A model generated the notes under the pieces. It searched no databases and had not been told where the DNA came from. It was given only the letters and a program-made list of their open reading frames with translations. From Alphaproteobacteria bacterium (GTDB taxonomy: Bacteria; Pseudomonadota; Alphaproteobacteria; MPNO01; UBA830), in assembly GCA_964291215.2 (NCBI GenBank), contig OZ219791.1, positions 2,112,001-2,176,000 on the forward strand: a stretch of DNA of 64,000 bases. The letters run 5' to 3'. This document shows positions 63,483-64,000 of this stretch, piece by piece. The stretch's first letter is position 1; each line of letters opens with the position of its first letter. Made by a program: the position numbers and the translations under genes.

Positions 63483-64000
63483 TCAGGTTTCCACCGGCAT
63501 GTCGCTGCTGCCCCATTCCGTCCATGATCCGTCATAGACGGCAACATCCCCCTTGCCGAGAAGATGGAGGCCGAGGGCGAGAACGCAGGCGGTGACGCCT
63601 GAACCGCAACTCGTGATCACCGGAGCTCGCAGGTCGAGGCCCGATTCGGCGAATCTCGCTTCGAGCTCGGCGGCAGCGCGAAACGTTCCGGTATCGGGAT
63701 CGACCAAGGTGACCGACGGCAGGTTGAGGCTTCCGGGAATGTGGCCCGGTCGGCACTGTGGACGCGGCTCCGGTTCTGTGCCGGCAAAGCGCCCCGCCGA
63801 CCGGGCATCGAGCACCTGTTCGCTCCGGCTTTCGATGTTGCCGCGGATGTCCTGCATCGAACGGATCATCGTGGCGTCCAGCCTTGCCGTGTAGCGCGTT
63901 GCCGTGACCGTGGGCGTATCGGCGGCAACCGGGCGGTCTTCCGCCAGCCATTTCCGCATCCCGCCATCGAGCACAGATACGCGGCGGTGCCCGAAAGCGC
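63483..64000 (-). CDS. sseA: 3-mercaptopyruvate sulfurtransferase, C-terminal part (5' end outside window)
   Basis: LDGG..KW, DARSAGRF.GTEPEPR, GHIPGS, CGSGVTA, YDGSWTEWG. Confidence 0.94.
   Translation of the reverse strand, partial: AFGHRRVSVLDGGMRKWLAEDRPVAADTPTVTATRYTARLDATMIRSMQDIRGNIESRSEQVLDARSAGRFAGTEPEPRPQCRPGHIPGSLNLPSVTLVDPDTGTFRAAAELEARFAESGLDLRAPVITSCGSGVTACVLALGLHLLGKGDVAVYDGSWTEWGSSDMPVET

Overview
GC-rich alphaproteobacterial (Rhodospirillales-like, inferred from gene order and protein style) chromosome segment. The core backbone is intact: formate dehydrogenase alpha, EamA transporter, purD, xseA, M23 peptidase, lpxL-lpxK-waaA-DUF374-msbA, pmbA, ubiD, tRNA-Pro, Lrp with an AceE-like E1, tRNA-Leu, tig-clpP-clpX-lon, hydrolases, acyl-CoA dehydrogenase, vapBC, GS-HQ reductase, modABC, COG0523 GTPase, metC and sseA. 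Two accessory islands interrupt it. Island 1 (2375-9399) is a 7-kb unit with IS66-type ends and a perfect 8-bp target duplication (CAGGAAAG), inserted into the last codons of fdh. It carries a MobF relaxase relic, an RTX-like ORF split by an ORF-less group II intron, decayed ISAzo13 and IS256, and one intact, lower-GC, uncharacterised three-gene operon (unknown protein, TPR-like/DUF5678-like protein, retropepsin-like protein). Island 2 (about 24.3-41.0 kb) holds an RT-nitrilase (DRT1-like) fragment, a nest of group II intron inside IS66 inside IS4, and a rearranged type I R-M locus. That locus contains HEPN plus an MNT-HsdS fusion, ImmA plus DUF4411 PIN, a HsdR'-'HsdS chimera, a Schlafen/AlbA_2-GHKL-beta-domain protein and a dead hsdR followed by IS630. 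The mobile relics are densely eroded by short deletions, several between microhomologies. All family calls are from motif recognition by eye; no database searches were run.
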